A DNA stretch of 64,000 nucleotides from Octopus sinensis (Eukaryota), in the NCBI RefSeq assembly GCF_006345805.1, contig NC_043019.1, positions 6,633,360-6,697,359 on the forward strand, written 5' to 3'. This document shows positions 27,225 to 40,449 of this stretch, in pieces (positions within the stretch are counted from its first letter, which is position 1; each line of letters opens with the position of its first letter). The position numbers and the translations under genes were made by a program. The notes under the pieces were generated by a model. It worked only from the letters and a program-made list of their open reading frames with translations, was not told where the DNA came from and did not search any database.

Positions 27225-27440
27225 ATGCATGTTTATATGCATGTATGTATCCATACATGTATATATATGTATGCATATATATAAATGTATGTGCGTGTGT
27301 GTGTGTGTACGCTACGGGAAATAATATATAAATCATGATTAAAGCATATTATATAAAACTAAAATTCTTAATATAAAACAGGTATGTCTCACATTGTAGA
27401 TTGTGTGTGTGCATGTGTGTGAGTATACATACATACATAT

Positions 27441-27493
<53 letters not shown>

Positions 27494-27849
27494 TATATGT
27501 ACATATGTACAGTTTTGGGTAAAATTATACTAATGTGTCCTAATCTAATTAAATTATATGTATTTGTGCAGCTGTAGATTGCTCTACATTTTAAAATTGA
27601 TGTAATGAAATGATTGCATTGTTCAATTAAATGGAGGCGCATGAAACGTTCGTACTGTATTACCTCTGGATATCCTTGTTGCTTATTTCGATTTTAATCA
27701 CCATATATGTACATATATATGTACATATATATATATATATATTTATTTATGTATATATATATATATATTGTTTGATGTATAGATAGATAGATACGTAGAC
27801 AGATAGATATATAAATAGATACGTAGACAGATGACAGACAGATAGATAG

Positions 27850-27911
<62 letters not shown>

Positions 27912-28306
27912 GTATACGTATATATGTAGATCTGTAAATATATGCTGTTTTCTACCCTGTCGGGGAGGGGGACCTCGTCTTTTCTAATGTTCATTACTTC
28001 CACTACGGCTCCATATTCTGATAAACCATAACTACCAAAATTATGATGGACTTCCAAATCTCCAAAAACTGCTGTTAGATTTAAAACACCTGTCTTGCGC
28101 ACCTTTAATTAGCTCTTTCGTTGTAATCCATACAAGTTGGATCTATTAATACAAGCACCTATATATATTATACTTAAAAATTCATTGTCTAAAAATCTCT
28201 ACTTACTTTCTCTCGCTTTGCAAGTAAACATATACATGCATATTTTGTATTTCACACCGAAACTGTTGCATTTGATATATCAACTTTTGCAGCGTGGAAG
28301 GTGTTT

Positions 28307-28525
28307 ATAAGCCATTTAAAAACAAACAAAAACCGTTAGATTCACTTCAACATTTGAATTTAATTTGCAAACATATTTTCGTCGCTTGAAACCGCGATCT
28401 GTTCACTGACAAAATTCCATGCTAGTGATCAGTTCACGGTCTCAAAGCGACGAAAATATTTTGGCAAGTTAAATTTTACTGTTGAACTGAATCTAACGGT
28501 TTTTGTTTGTTTTTAAATGGCTTAT
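28307..28525. repeat. Fold-back element with ~105-bp imperfect arms (related copy 31080-31245)
   Basis: ATAAGCCATTTAAAAACAAACAAAAACCGTTAGATTCA... pairs with ...TGAATCTAACGGTTTTTGTTTGTTTTTAAATGGCTTAT; spacer about 16 nt. Confidence 0.9.
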
Positions 28526-28537
28526 TTCTTGGTGTTC

Positions 28538-28573
28538 CTTTCTGCTGAAGAGCGTAGACTCGAAACGTAAAAG
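28538..28573 (+). ncRNA. Minimal type I hammerhead-like motif (PLE pLTR family 2, core CTGCTGA)
   Basis: CTTT-CTGCTGA-A-GAGC(GTAG)ACTC-GAA-ACGT-A-AAAG: stem I CTTT/AAAG, palindromic stem III ACGT, GUA triplet. Confidence 0.55.
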
Positions 28574-28662
28574 ACTTTCTCACATTGTCGAGCGCCAAAC
28601 TAATATACCTGTTTCTTGTTTATATACCTTTCTTCGTCTTTTGTTTTTCTGTAAATTCCAAC

Positions 28663-28694
<32 letters not shown>

Positions 28695-29687
28695 CGTGTA
28701 CATATATATATATATATGTATGTATATATATAGGGATAGAGAGTGGTGTGTAAGAGAACGTGAGAGATACAAATGTAGATAGTCAGACATACAGTGATGA
28801 ATATGGATATGTGTATTTGTGTTGTGTGTGTCTGTGTGTCTGTGTGTATTTGCTTGTATATTTTGTTTGGTTTGGGCTTTCGTATATATATTACGTTTTC
28901 ATATTTACACCATGTTCACAACCAACTCTCATATAAGTGTCTATCCTTCTATCTATATCCCTCTGTGTGTATATTCGTATACACACACATACATCGATAC
29001 GTACGTGTATATATGCATACATATATATATATATGTATATATATGTATATCTGTGTACATATATACGTATAACACACACGCATATATATATATATATATT
29101 ATATATATATATATATATATATGGGGGTGTTTTGTGTCTGTGTCTGCGTGGTCTTTATATAAATAAATATAATTCTGTGTCACTATATTAAATTTATATT
29201 TAATTGTATTTTTTTTTCATTCTAAATAATAATTTGTTATCACATCCTTGTAAAATTTTATGTTCTTTGGATACATATCCATGTATAACAAATATGTTTC
29301 ATATTATATTTACCTTTTCTAAAAATTCTCATAAATTACACAAACTCTCTATTTCTATCTCTATGTTGTATCTATATGTAATTCCAAACTAAATTTGTCG
29401 TGTTATATATTACGGAATTATTATCACTTATTAAAAATATATATTTGAATTTGCTTTACTTTCCTCAGAAAAAAAATTCATTATTGATTTCAAATAATTT
29501 ATATTAATTTTCTTTCGCTAAACCAAATATAATTTCTATAGAGCATACGAAAGTTTGGAGTTTTACCGATCTTGTTTAAAGCCGGTATATACGTATACGC
29601 GCGTGTATGGCACGCGAGTGTGTTTGCCTGTATATATACATACATATACATTCATACAGACATATATATGTACGCATATATATACAT

Positions 29688-29745
<58 letters not shown>

Positions 29746-29833
29746 GTATGTGTGTGTACATGTATACATATATTTACGTATATATATGTGTGTTTATATA
29801 TGTATACAGGAACTTTATTTACACATATATATG

Positions 29834-29877
<44 letters not shown>

Positions 29878-30609
29878 GTATGTGTTTATGTACATATACA
29901 CACACATGCATACAAATATATATATATATTTATATATGCGTGTGTGTGTCTTTAAATTCGTGTACCTGTATGATTTACGTTCGCTCGTATACATTTGTAT
30001 AAGCTTGGAAACTTTTCAACAAATTCTGACAAAATAACAGTAGACATTCTCTGTTAACATATGATCGAATAAACATCAAATTTATCGACTTAATCAAAGT
30101 AAAAGTTTAATAATCACATTAAAATCACTATACACGAACTGCTGACTTCACAGAGAATAATGTTTAAGACCACGTATTGTGTTTCATGCTGGGCATCTGC
30201 AGACGGCTGTGAAATGGAAACCTATATCGGAATGTACAATAGAAAAAGATTTTCAACTCTTAATTACGTTACGTTATTGCAGAATTTGCCAAACTATTTC
30301 TAAATAGGTTTGTGCAAATTGGTGAAAGCATATTTGATCACATGTCTCAATTATTTAGCTGTGGCTCACTGAGATATTGTACGTCTGTTGAAAGGTGTTC
30401 CAGCTGCGTATATCTTGTACTTTCGGTGATAAAGTATTTAGAATTACATTAGCAACGTTTATTTCTTTCTCTTTTGAAGATGGCGTGATGTGACTTAAGG
30501 AAGATTTTGTCATTTCTTACAGATTTAAAAGCAACGGAAACGTCTACTCATATGCTTATATATGTGTGTGTATGTTTCGGTGTATGGTTATATATATATA
30601 TGCATATAT

Positions 30610-30674
<65 letters not shown>

Positions 30675-30736
30675 CATATGCATATATTTATATACATTTA
30701 TATATATGCATATATATATATACATATATATATATA

Positions 30737-30870
30737 TGTTTCCGATGAAGAGCTTTGCTCGAACGTTAACACCCCCTTCTTTCCTTATTTCCTGAGCGTC
30801 CAATAATAGTATATTTTTTCCACGTCCTCGCGCTGTTGTGTTTTTTGTGCTTTCATGTTTGGATTAACTA
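30737..30870 (+). mobile_element. PLE pLTR-like fragment, family 1, with hammerhead-like motif (core CCGATGA)
   Basis: TGTTT-CCGATGA-A-GAGC(TTT)GCTC-GAACGTTAACA; the downstream ~100 bp is homologous to 56190-56290. Confidence 0.6.
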
Positions 30871-31079
30871 TATATATATATTATATATATAATATATATA
30901 TATATTATATAAATATACATTCATACATACACACATACATGCATACATACATAGATACATATATACTGCAACCCGTAATGGGAAGAAATATATAGTGGAA
31001 AAATTGAGCCTCCTTCTTCAGGGAGGGGAGATAGGAATCTAATACGTATACGTGTATATATAAATAACATTTCCTAAGA

Positions 31080-31245
31080 GGAACGTGTTTATAAGCAATT
31101 AAAAAAACACACACACAAAAACCGTTAGATTCACTTCAATATTTAAAGTTAATTTGTGTCAAAATATTTTCGTCGCTTTGAAACCGCGACCTGGTCTCTG
31201 ACAAAATTTCGTAATCATTTTTTAAGTGGCTTATAAACACCTTCC
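31080..31245. mobile_element. Partial copy of the 28307 fold-back family with short terminal inverted repeats
   Basis: Shares AAAAACCGTTAGATTCACTTCAA..AATATTTTCGTCGCTT.GAAACCGCGA; terminal G(A/G)A(C/G)GTGTTTATAAGC pairs with GCTTATAAACACCTTCC. Confidence 0.75.
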
Positions 31246-31334
31246 ACTCTGCAATTGTTTTTGTTTCAGCGCACGATGTCAGATCAAGCCACTTGCTATG
31301 CAAGTACAATTCTCTGGCTCTCTCTCTCTCTCTC

Positions 31335-31406
<72 letters not shown>

Positions 31407-31544
31407 CTATATATACATATATATATATATTAATTAAGTATATATATATATATATATATTATATATATTAATATAGTGTGTATATATATGATATTAATCT
31501 CTCTCTCTCTCTATATATATAATATACATACATACATCATACAC

Positions 31545-31579
<35 letters not shown>

Positions 31580-32044
31580 TATATGTATGTATATATACGT
31601 ATATTATATATATTATATTTATATATATTATATATTATATATTACATATAAAGATCACCAACAACATCTACGACTGAAAGTGAAAGCCAAATATGCATTC
31701 TCTGGGATTTCTTGACTTGCTACAAAGGGTAGCCAAATTTTCCATCATATTGTAAGCTACAATATAAAACTTAGAGGGGAAACATTGAAGGAAACGTTGC
31801 AAGATATACTACGTCTGAGGATAAGGAAGAGAAAGAGAAGCGGTAGTAACACCTGAAACACGTCGATTATTGGACTGAATGTTCAGAGCTGATCTAGGTT
31901 TGAACAACAAAACAAGCACGTCCACTTCAACAAAACTTATCCACCACCACCACCACAACCACCGCTACCATCACTAGCAGCGCCACCACAAACACAACAA
32001 ACACCACCGCCATGAAGCCTACAGTGTTACTATTAGTACAGTAT

Positions 32045-32277
32045 AAGACGTCGAGCTGGCAGAAACGTTAGCGCGCCGGGCGAAATACTTAGCGATATTT
32101 CGTCTATCGTTACGTTCTAAATTCAAATTCCGCCGAGGTCGACTTTGCCTTTCATCCTTTCGGGGTCGATAAATAAAGTACCAGTTTCGCACAGGAGTCG
32201 ATGTAATCGACTTAATACCTTTGTCTGTCCTTGTTTGTCCCCTCTATGTTTAGCCCCTTGTGGGTAGTAAAGAAATA
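32045..32277 (+). mobile_element. SINE family A (tail type A2) with 14-bp TSD
   Basis: TSD TATTAGTACAGTAT at 32031-32044 and 32278-32291. Confidence 0.95.
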
Positions 32278-33263
32278 TATTAGTACAGTATTACCTCGAC
32301 AGCCACTACCTCAACAACCATTACAATCAGCACCCAGACACCAGTAAACATGGCGACAAGAAACCAGCTATAAAACATATCTATATTATTTCGATCAGCT
32401 TACTAGAAATTGTAGCCCCCCAAAAATTTTAAAACCCTCGTATGGAATTCAACCAGCTAAAAAATAAACAGATACAGACTGAAGATATAATCTGAAATAT
32501 TTAATACCTCAAAATAAGGGAGAGATACTGGGTGTAGGCAGACAGATACACATAAAGGTCTAGTCGTTCACGAAGAAACTAGTACGAAGTAACGACAATC
32601 GAATCATCTGAAAAAAACAACAGAAATGAAAATAAATATCGTGATATATTTCTTAATTAAAGAAGGAAAGCGAATATAGCTTTAAGGTTTTCATTTAGAT
32701 TGACAACCCATTATTTAAAATACAATTAAAAAGAATCATGCAAATGTCACGTGACAGGAGAAAACGATATAATTTGTGTAATTACATTCCTGCGGATCGC
32801 TCGCAGCCAGAAAAACCGGGAAGTATTATTAAGGATGAATCTAGCAACACCAACTCCGTATCAGATTCTCTCACGTACTCCTCTTTAAACCTATTTTTTT
32901 AGGAACTATATGCTACTACTGAGGTTAATGAACACACATACACACTTACATACAGACACACACATACACACACACTCACACTCACACATACACACCAAAA
33001 CACACACACATATATATATATATATACATATAATTCTATGTATATATATATATCTATCTATCTATATTATATTATATATTATATATATATTATATTATAT
33101 ATATATAAATATCCATAGAATTATATGTATATACCCATACGGGAAATGTGTGGATGCGTGTAAAACAATTTCAATCAAGAAAATAATTATACTTACACGC
33201 ATGCTCACACACAAACACACAGAAACACACGCACACACACACAACACACACCACACCTATATA

Positions 33264-33307
<44 letters not shown>

Positions 33308-33636
33308 GTATGTATAAGCAAGCATATATGTATGCATACATTCAAATACCCACACACACACAGAGACACGGACACACACACACTGACGCACACATTTTTA
33401 AATATATGTATGTGTGTGTGTGTGGCTTTGTGCGTGTGTGAGCGTGTGTGTTTCTAAGTATGTATGTATATATTCATAACATACACACCGTTAAAATTAT
33501 TGGTATAGCGCGTGTTTCTGGAAACTAGTTAAGGTCACGGACAATGAAAACCAATCAAAGTTGTCTCAGCATGGGATGATTTATATTGCAAACACACATA
33601 TGCACGTTTGCATTGCCCCATACTAAGGAGCAGTCG

Positions 33637-33679
<43 letters not shown>

Positions 33680-33681
<2 letters not shown>

Positions 33682-33805
33682 TGCCCCCAAAGAACTTGTT
33701 TCCGAGCTCAGTCCCACTCTGTTGTACATCTAGCAATTGGCCAAGCAGAACCCTGTGGATGGATTTGGTAGACAGGAACTGGGAGAAGCCCATCGAGTAT
33801 ATTAT
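33680..33805 (+). mobile_element. Old SINE family D 5' fragment
   Basis: CAGTCCCACT..GGATTTGGTAGACAGGAACTGGGAGAAGCCC. Confidence 0.6.
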
Positions 33806-34324
33806 ATTTCTATATATATATATATATAATTGTTAAAATGGAGAACAAAATTTAAGGCAATGGGTTCTGTTATTGAACGTTGATATATTCGCTTCTTTTG
33901 TCTCTGGATGTCTATTTTATCAGGATTTTAACTTACATGGATCTGCGGAGGATTACACCCAAGTTCTCACGCTCATGGATCTACGCAGGATTGCATCTAA
34001 GGACTCATGCTCTTGTTTCTATAAATTCGGAAAGTTGGACTACAAACTTTTATACTTCTTCTTTTCTTCATTCTTTCCATCTCTTTCTCCTTTTACTCCA
34101 TTCTATATGGTCATCTCATTAATAAACACCATTCTCATTTTCCCTAATTTTCCCTATTTGTCTCTGATGATGGAATATCACATACGCGAGGAACAGATGG
34201 AACAGTGTATAAACTATAATATAGCCTACATATACACGCACACACACACACTTATATATATATATATATATTTACACTCTCACACACTATATATATATAT
34301 ATATATATTTACACTCTCCAAATA

Positions 34325-34359
<35 letters not shown>

Positions 34360-34443
34360 TTACACACACACGCACACATACACATATATACATATATATA
34401 TACACACACGCATACACACGTATATAACTTTGTCGTCGGTACT

Positions 34444-34484
34444 CTAGACTGATGACGAGCAAAGAATCAGAGACTAGTCTCTGG
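34444..34484 (+). ncRNA. Minimal type I hammerhead-like motif with canonical CTGATGA core (GAAA altered to GAGA)
   Basis: CTAGA-CTGATGA-CGAGCAAAGAATCA-GAG-ACTAGT-C-TCTGG: 5-bp stem I, palindromic stem III ACTAGT, GUC triplet; stem II weak. Confidence 0.45.
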
Positions 34485-34718
34485 TTGCAGGCTTAGCTGG
34501 ATGGGGGTGCTTGTCTCCCCCTTGTAAACATAAGGACACAGGAAATGTGTCAAGGCCGACAAGAAGCGTTGATGCTTCCCAGGGCTAAATACCAGTGGTG
34601 TGATTCACTTCATGGGACTGCCACATTCAGTTGACAGTGTACAACTGATCCATCGTACCACCACTGCTTATATCTCTTTGAGATATTTACAAATGTAATG
34701 TTTCTATTTTATAGATAA

Positions 34719-35101
34719 CTAGCAGTATCGCCCGGCGTTGCTCGGGTTTGTAAGGGAAATAACTATAAAGCATTTTTAGAGAGTTATAGCCAAAAAATAG
34801 CAAAGAAATGGAAAAAAAAATGATGATAATTTTTTTTTTAGTTAAAAAGGTCGAGTTGCGTCCCCTAGACAGTCTGTGGTTTGTGTTTCTGATTCTCGAC
34901 CCCATGTCGAATTTATCGATTTTTTTCAGAATTGGGGGAACTTTTCAAAATTTTCGCTGCGTTAGTTTTGAATGATGACATTGGGCTATGTGTGTGTCAA
35001 GTTTCATCAGAATCGGTTGAAAGCCGTAGTCAGGGTGAGGGTACAACCAAACAGACACACAGAAACACAGACAGACAAACTGCCGTTTATATAGAGAGAG
35101 A
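34719..35101 (-). mobile_element. Non-autonomous Helitron-like element (Lep1/HINE-like layout)
   Basis: Minus strand: A|TCTCTCTCTATATAAACGG ... CCCGAGCAACGCCGGGCGATACTGCTAG|T; (CTGT)n near the 5' end. Confidence 0.85.
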
Positions 35102-36598
35102 TAAATATATTCTCTAAAAGTTTTGGTTCTTCAGCAGTTTTCTCCACACCTCGCAGCTTCAAAGATGTACAACAAGCAAAATTTTAGTAACACATGTACA
35201 CACGTACATGCACTGCACCACCAATGGCCGCCCATATGTAAAAAATGATGTATAACAGAGTGTACGGCTAAAAAGTACAGAAGCATGCGCACTATATTAT
35301 TTACAAAAGCTGGTATGCATTTAAATGGCTTTATAATTAATTGAAAATTTTAACAGGAGAGTTTTTTTTTTGCAGAAGAAAGGCTGAACGCAGGATTGTA
35401 TTTCTTTATGTACACACACGCACACACAGGTACCCGCGCACACCCACACGCACACATAAACGCATGAACACACACACACATCTTCACACACCCACACTTT
35501 ACGTATATACATGCGCCCCGCAAACATACACTCACAGTCACAGTCATGCTCATATATATAATATATAATATATATATATATAATATATATATATATATAC
35601 ATAGATATATATATATATATACAGAGAGAGAGAGAGAATGAGACAGAGAATAAGTTACATATAACGTAAATGGGAGAGTTTCAATAATATATACATTATA
35701 TGTATATATATATATATGTATGTATATACATGCACACAAATATATGTATAAACATTATATGTATGTATATATATATATATGTGTATGTATATATATATGC
35801 ACACACATATATGTATATACATTATATATATATATATATATGTGTGTGTGTATACAATTACGGAGAGAGAAAGACTGAAAGAGGAAGAGAGAAAGAAAGA
35901 AAATGAGAGGCACATAAGGGCAATGTGAGAGGTTCAACAGTTCATGTGTGTGTGTGAGTGCGCATGCGTGCGAGTGGGGACTCTTATATACGAATATATG
36001 CGCGTAAGTTCCTATGTATGTATATATTAATATAAATATATCTTTATGCGTGCACGGATATTTATACACACACACACACACACACACAAACGCACACTCA
36101 CACACACACACGCGCGCATACATATACATACATTTACATATATTCACAATTCTGTGTACGTGTTAGTATGCAAGTGTGTACGTCTGTTTTTTATGTTACT
36201 TCCTTCGTTTCCAATTCAATGCAGGCACATCGATTGGCGAAACATTTATCAGCGGCAAAATTCATCATGATTAACGATCAAACATCACTGAGATTCACTT
36301 TAGGATTAAGGATTTCATATTACCACTTAATTACTGCGCTAATGTAATTTCAGTTCGTCTTATTTTTAATTTTGAAAACGGAATTTATTTATAGCTTGTG
36401 ATAATTTATTAATTTTTTTTCTCTCTAAGATCGTTCTTTTCAATTTAGTTCCTTCATTTTAAAATTTCTGATAAGAATTTTCCCAAAACTAACTTTTTCA
36501 TTAAAGTTCCCTAGTTTCCTAAAATTCTTTCGTTCTTATTTTATTTAATATTAAAATTTATTACGATAAATACATACATACATAAATACATACATACA

Positions 36599-36631
<33 letters not shown>

Positions 36632-36779
36632 GTTTGTGAGTGCGTGTATGTGCGTGTGTGGTTGTAAATATATGAATATACACAGGTTCGTATGTCTTAT
36701 TCTAGACAATGATGAATCTTATTACGTACACAATTATATGTATACAGATATATATATATACACACAGGCATACGCATAG

Positions 36780-36816
<37 letters not shown>

Positions 36817-36994
36817 TTTATACAGCTATAGACATATATATGCATGTATACTCACATATACATACCTATATAACTTTATTAGTTATATACATATATTCTA
36901 TATTACATATTACGAAATTCGGTCTAATATTATTATACTGAATTTTACCTGTAAGGTTGAAATAATAATTTATTCAACTAATATTATTATTATA

Positions 36995-37043
<49 letters not shown>

Positions 37044-37225
37044 CAATTTGAAAACTCCACTAGAAGTGACGAAAGCGCTAATATATGACATATGATATAT
37101 GATATATGATCTCTAAAAACATAATATACAAATAAATATCTGTAAATATAAAACCATCCGAATTTCTGAGTACCTCATTTCTTCTAATATAAAATACTTG
37201 TACATCATCTCCAAACCTTCCAATT

Positions 37226-37277
<52 letters not shown>

Positions 37278-37684
37278 TATATATTAGACAATTCGACAGA
37301 ACTGAACAAGAACGGAAATCATAAGATTCTTTATTTGTTGTGTCCTTCTCATTCTGATACAAGAGTTAACATAGATGAAAATTTCACACCCGCAAACACC
37401 ACTTACTGGAATGTGTCGCCATGGTCGCCGTCAGCCGGATAAAAAGAAAAATCTCGAATAACCACCAACAGGTTTCGCGGAAATGAGGTTTATGAAAGCG
37501 GTTTGATCATTAAACACTTCATTCAGCGGAAATTATAAATCTCCTACAATTTATAGAAATACTAAATGTTAAAATTCTCGTTATCGGTGACGCTGAAACA
37601 ACAGGTTTTTTTTCGTTTGAATTGACTGAACGAGAGAAGAGAAATGTTTTAGAATTATTAAAACATTTAGTGCTGGTTATATAT

Positions 37685-37880
37685 CTTTTCTCCTCTAGGC
37701 ACAAGGCCAGGAAATTTGGGGGAGGGGGCCAGTCGATTAGATGTAACACAGTGCGCAACTGGTGCTTAATTTATGAGGAAATGCAACGTCAACTTCGGCG
37801 GAATTTGAACTCAGAACGTAAAGACGTACGACATACAACTAAGCATTTTGCCCGACGTGGTAGCGTTTTTGCCAGCTCTT
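37685..37880 (-). mobile_element. SINE family A (tail type A1), internally deleted
   Basis: Reverse complement GAGCTGGCAAAAACGCTACC..GAGTTCAAATTCCGCCGAAG..AAGCACCAGTTGCGCACTG..GGCCTTGTGCCTAGAG. Confidence 0.85.
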
Positions 37881-37882
37881 AG

Positions 37883-38140
37883 AGACACGTGGTTTCGTGG
37901 TCAGGGTGTCAGCACCATGATCGTAAGATTATGGTTTCGATTCCTGAACTAGGCGACGCGTTGTGTTCTTGAGCAAAACACTTCATTTCACGTTGCTCCA
38001 GTCCGCTCAGCTGGCAAAAATGTGTAACACTGCGATGGACTAGAGTCCCGTCCAGGTGGGTGGAACACATACGCCATAGAAACCGGGGAACCGGGCCCAT
38101 AGGCCTGGCTAGTCTTTAAAAAGGCGCATTTATTATTATT
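37883..38140 (+). mobile_element. SINE family B2 (family B head and core with a different tail)
   Basis: Matches family B up to CAGCTGGCAAAAATG, then continues CTGCGATGGACTAGAGTCCCGTCCAGG..AGAAACCGGGG, followed by a TTA tail. Confidence 0.85.
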
Positions 38141-38984
38141 ATATATACATATATAGGTATATATATATAATATATATACTTATATATGCATATAAATCAA
38201 TATATATACACACATAAATATATATTGATATGTACACATACATCTATACTTATGCATGTATGCATATACATCTCTATATATACGCATATATATATATTAC
38301 GTGCATATATGTATGTATATATATACGTATATAGGTCTGTGTGTGTGTCTATATGCATGTATATATATGAGTTAATAGTTCCAGTATTAATAGTAAAAGT
38401 ATGTAACAGTGAAAGTGTTAAACTGAAAGTATTAAACTGAAAGTAACTCACATTACATTAGAGAAGTTACTGTCTCACCTTTGACACGTAATACTGAAAT
38501 AGTGTAAGAGATTGCTGCGGCCTCGCATTAGGCAAGAAGTTGAAAATTGTTTGACTCATGACACTGTATGTACCCTAAGTAAAGCATGTGTAAAAGTTGA
38601 ATGAAATCGCTTGGTTAGTTCCCGAGTAAATGATGCACACATACAGACAGACAAACACACTTTAATATATATATGTATATATATATATAATATATATATA
38701 TATATAATATATATATTATATATATATATATATATATATTATATAAATATATATATATATGGATATAATGTGTGTGTGTTCTGGTTCAAACTGGTGCTTA
38801 ATAGTGGTTAAAACTTAATAATTTTGCAACGGCATTTGTTTCGTCTTAGAAAGCCAATATATTTGAGAAAATAGGTGAGTTCTGTTCGTGTAACTCAACG
38901 CATAACTGATGTCATTAAGTTACTTTCCACACGTAGACCAACTTCACCCCTGCCTCGTAGTTAAACAGAAATCTTAGGATTAAC

Positions 38985-39330
38985 CGCAGGAATTCTCTTT
39001 GGAGATGGTACCTTAGCTCTCTTGACTTTCTTTAAAATATTGTCTTTGTTTATATATTTCATTCATCGGCGGATACAAAATATAGTAATTGTCTCCAGGT
39101 TATTGTAAGACAATACACTCACGAACTATTCATATATAACACCCACACAGGTTTTTGCAGACGATGTGCACTGGCTGTTACTTCTTAAAACGAATCTAAC
39201 ATGCCTTGAGACAGCAGCGAACTGTATAGCACTCTATTGATATTACAAAGACACGGAATATATATTTGTCATCAAAAGCACACACATCTTCGAACTAAAG
39301 CTTCAATCAATAACATCCTAAGAGAAATGA
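38985..39330 (+). pseudogene. RTE-like LINE reverse transcriptase remnant
   Basis: GILFGDGTLALLTF (eroded QGDTL box), VFADDV, and LETAANCIALY..KDTEYI in RT domain order. Confidence 0.55.
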
Positions 39331-40004
39331 TTGTTTTAAAGTAGCTAGATACATACGTGGTGAGCTGAGAAAAGGATTTTCTAAACATGCAACCTATCCA
39401 ATATTTGTATATGATGCCATTTATGCTTTTGTTATAAAATCAATGATTTCGGTGCTGTCTTTGAGAAGCGAGTTTATTTTTATGATTTAGGTGTATAGGA
39501 ATTTTCTATCAAGGATAAAAAAAAAAAATCATTTGGTGCTAAGCTGTTGCACTCGTCTTCTACACCGGTTTCAAATCTTGGGAAATACTTAAAACTAAAA
39601 CCAATTTATGAACGTTAACCACGCATCTCAGATGGGTTGAATTAAGCGAGAAGGAAACATAAGCTTCTTCAAAAGAATACCAAGAAATTCGAGATCTGAA
39701 TTTTGATTTAATATGTTCATGTAACGTAACAAAGATCATGAGTTTGTGTAGAGTAGCAGGGGTATCCGTCATGGGTGCCTCTCGTTACAACATAACGATG
39801 AAGGGATGGATTTAGTGATATACATATATATGAAAATGCGTAGGACACACTTACACGCACACAGATACATACATATATGCATACATACATACATCAATGT
39901 ATCTATATCTATATCTATTTATCTGTCTTCGTATATATATATATATGTATATATATGTATACAGAGAGAGATAGAGAGATACAGACATACACACACAAAC
40001 ACAC

Positions 40005-40045
<41 letters not shown>

Positions 40046-40449
40046 ATATATATATAATATTATATGTGTGTGTGTATATATATATACATACAATATATGC
40101 ATTTATACATACATATATTCTATATATATATATATATATATATATTTACACGTAGGTATTTATACCATATTTACGACTGCATCATACTCACATCATTTTT
40201 TTAAACATGAAAAATGCGTCCTATATGCATATAAAAGCCATAATATGACGGTTATTGCATGAAAAAAGAAATAAAACAAGAAAAGCATTTCTCGAAAATC
40301 TCTTTATATCTTAATATCATCGCATTATCCATTGATATTAGCTTCTTTAATCAATTTCATTTACCGTCAATTGTCTACCTTTTTTGTTTCCTGTTTCGCT
40401 AATTTCTTCTTGTATCATTCTAACATTATCTGCGATCAACCAAGTATCT

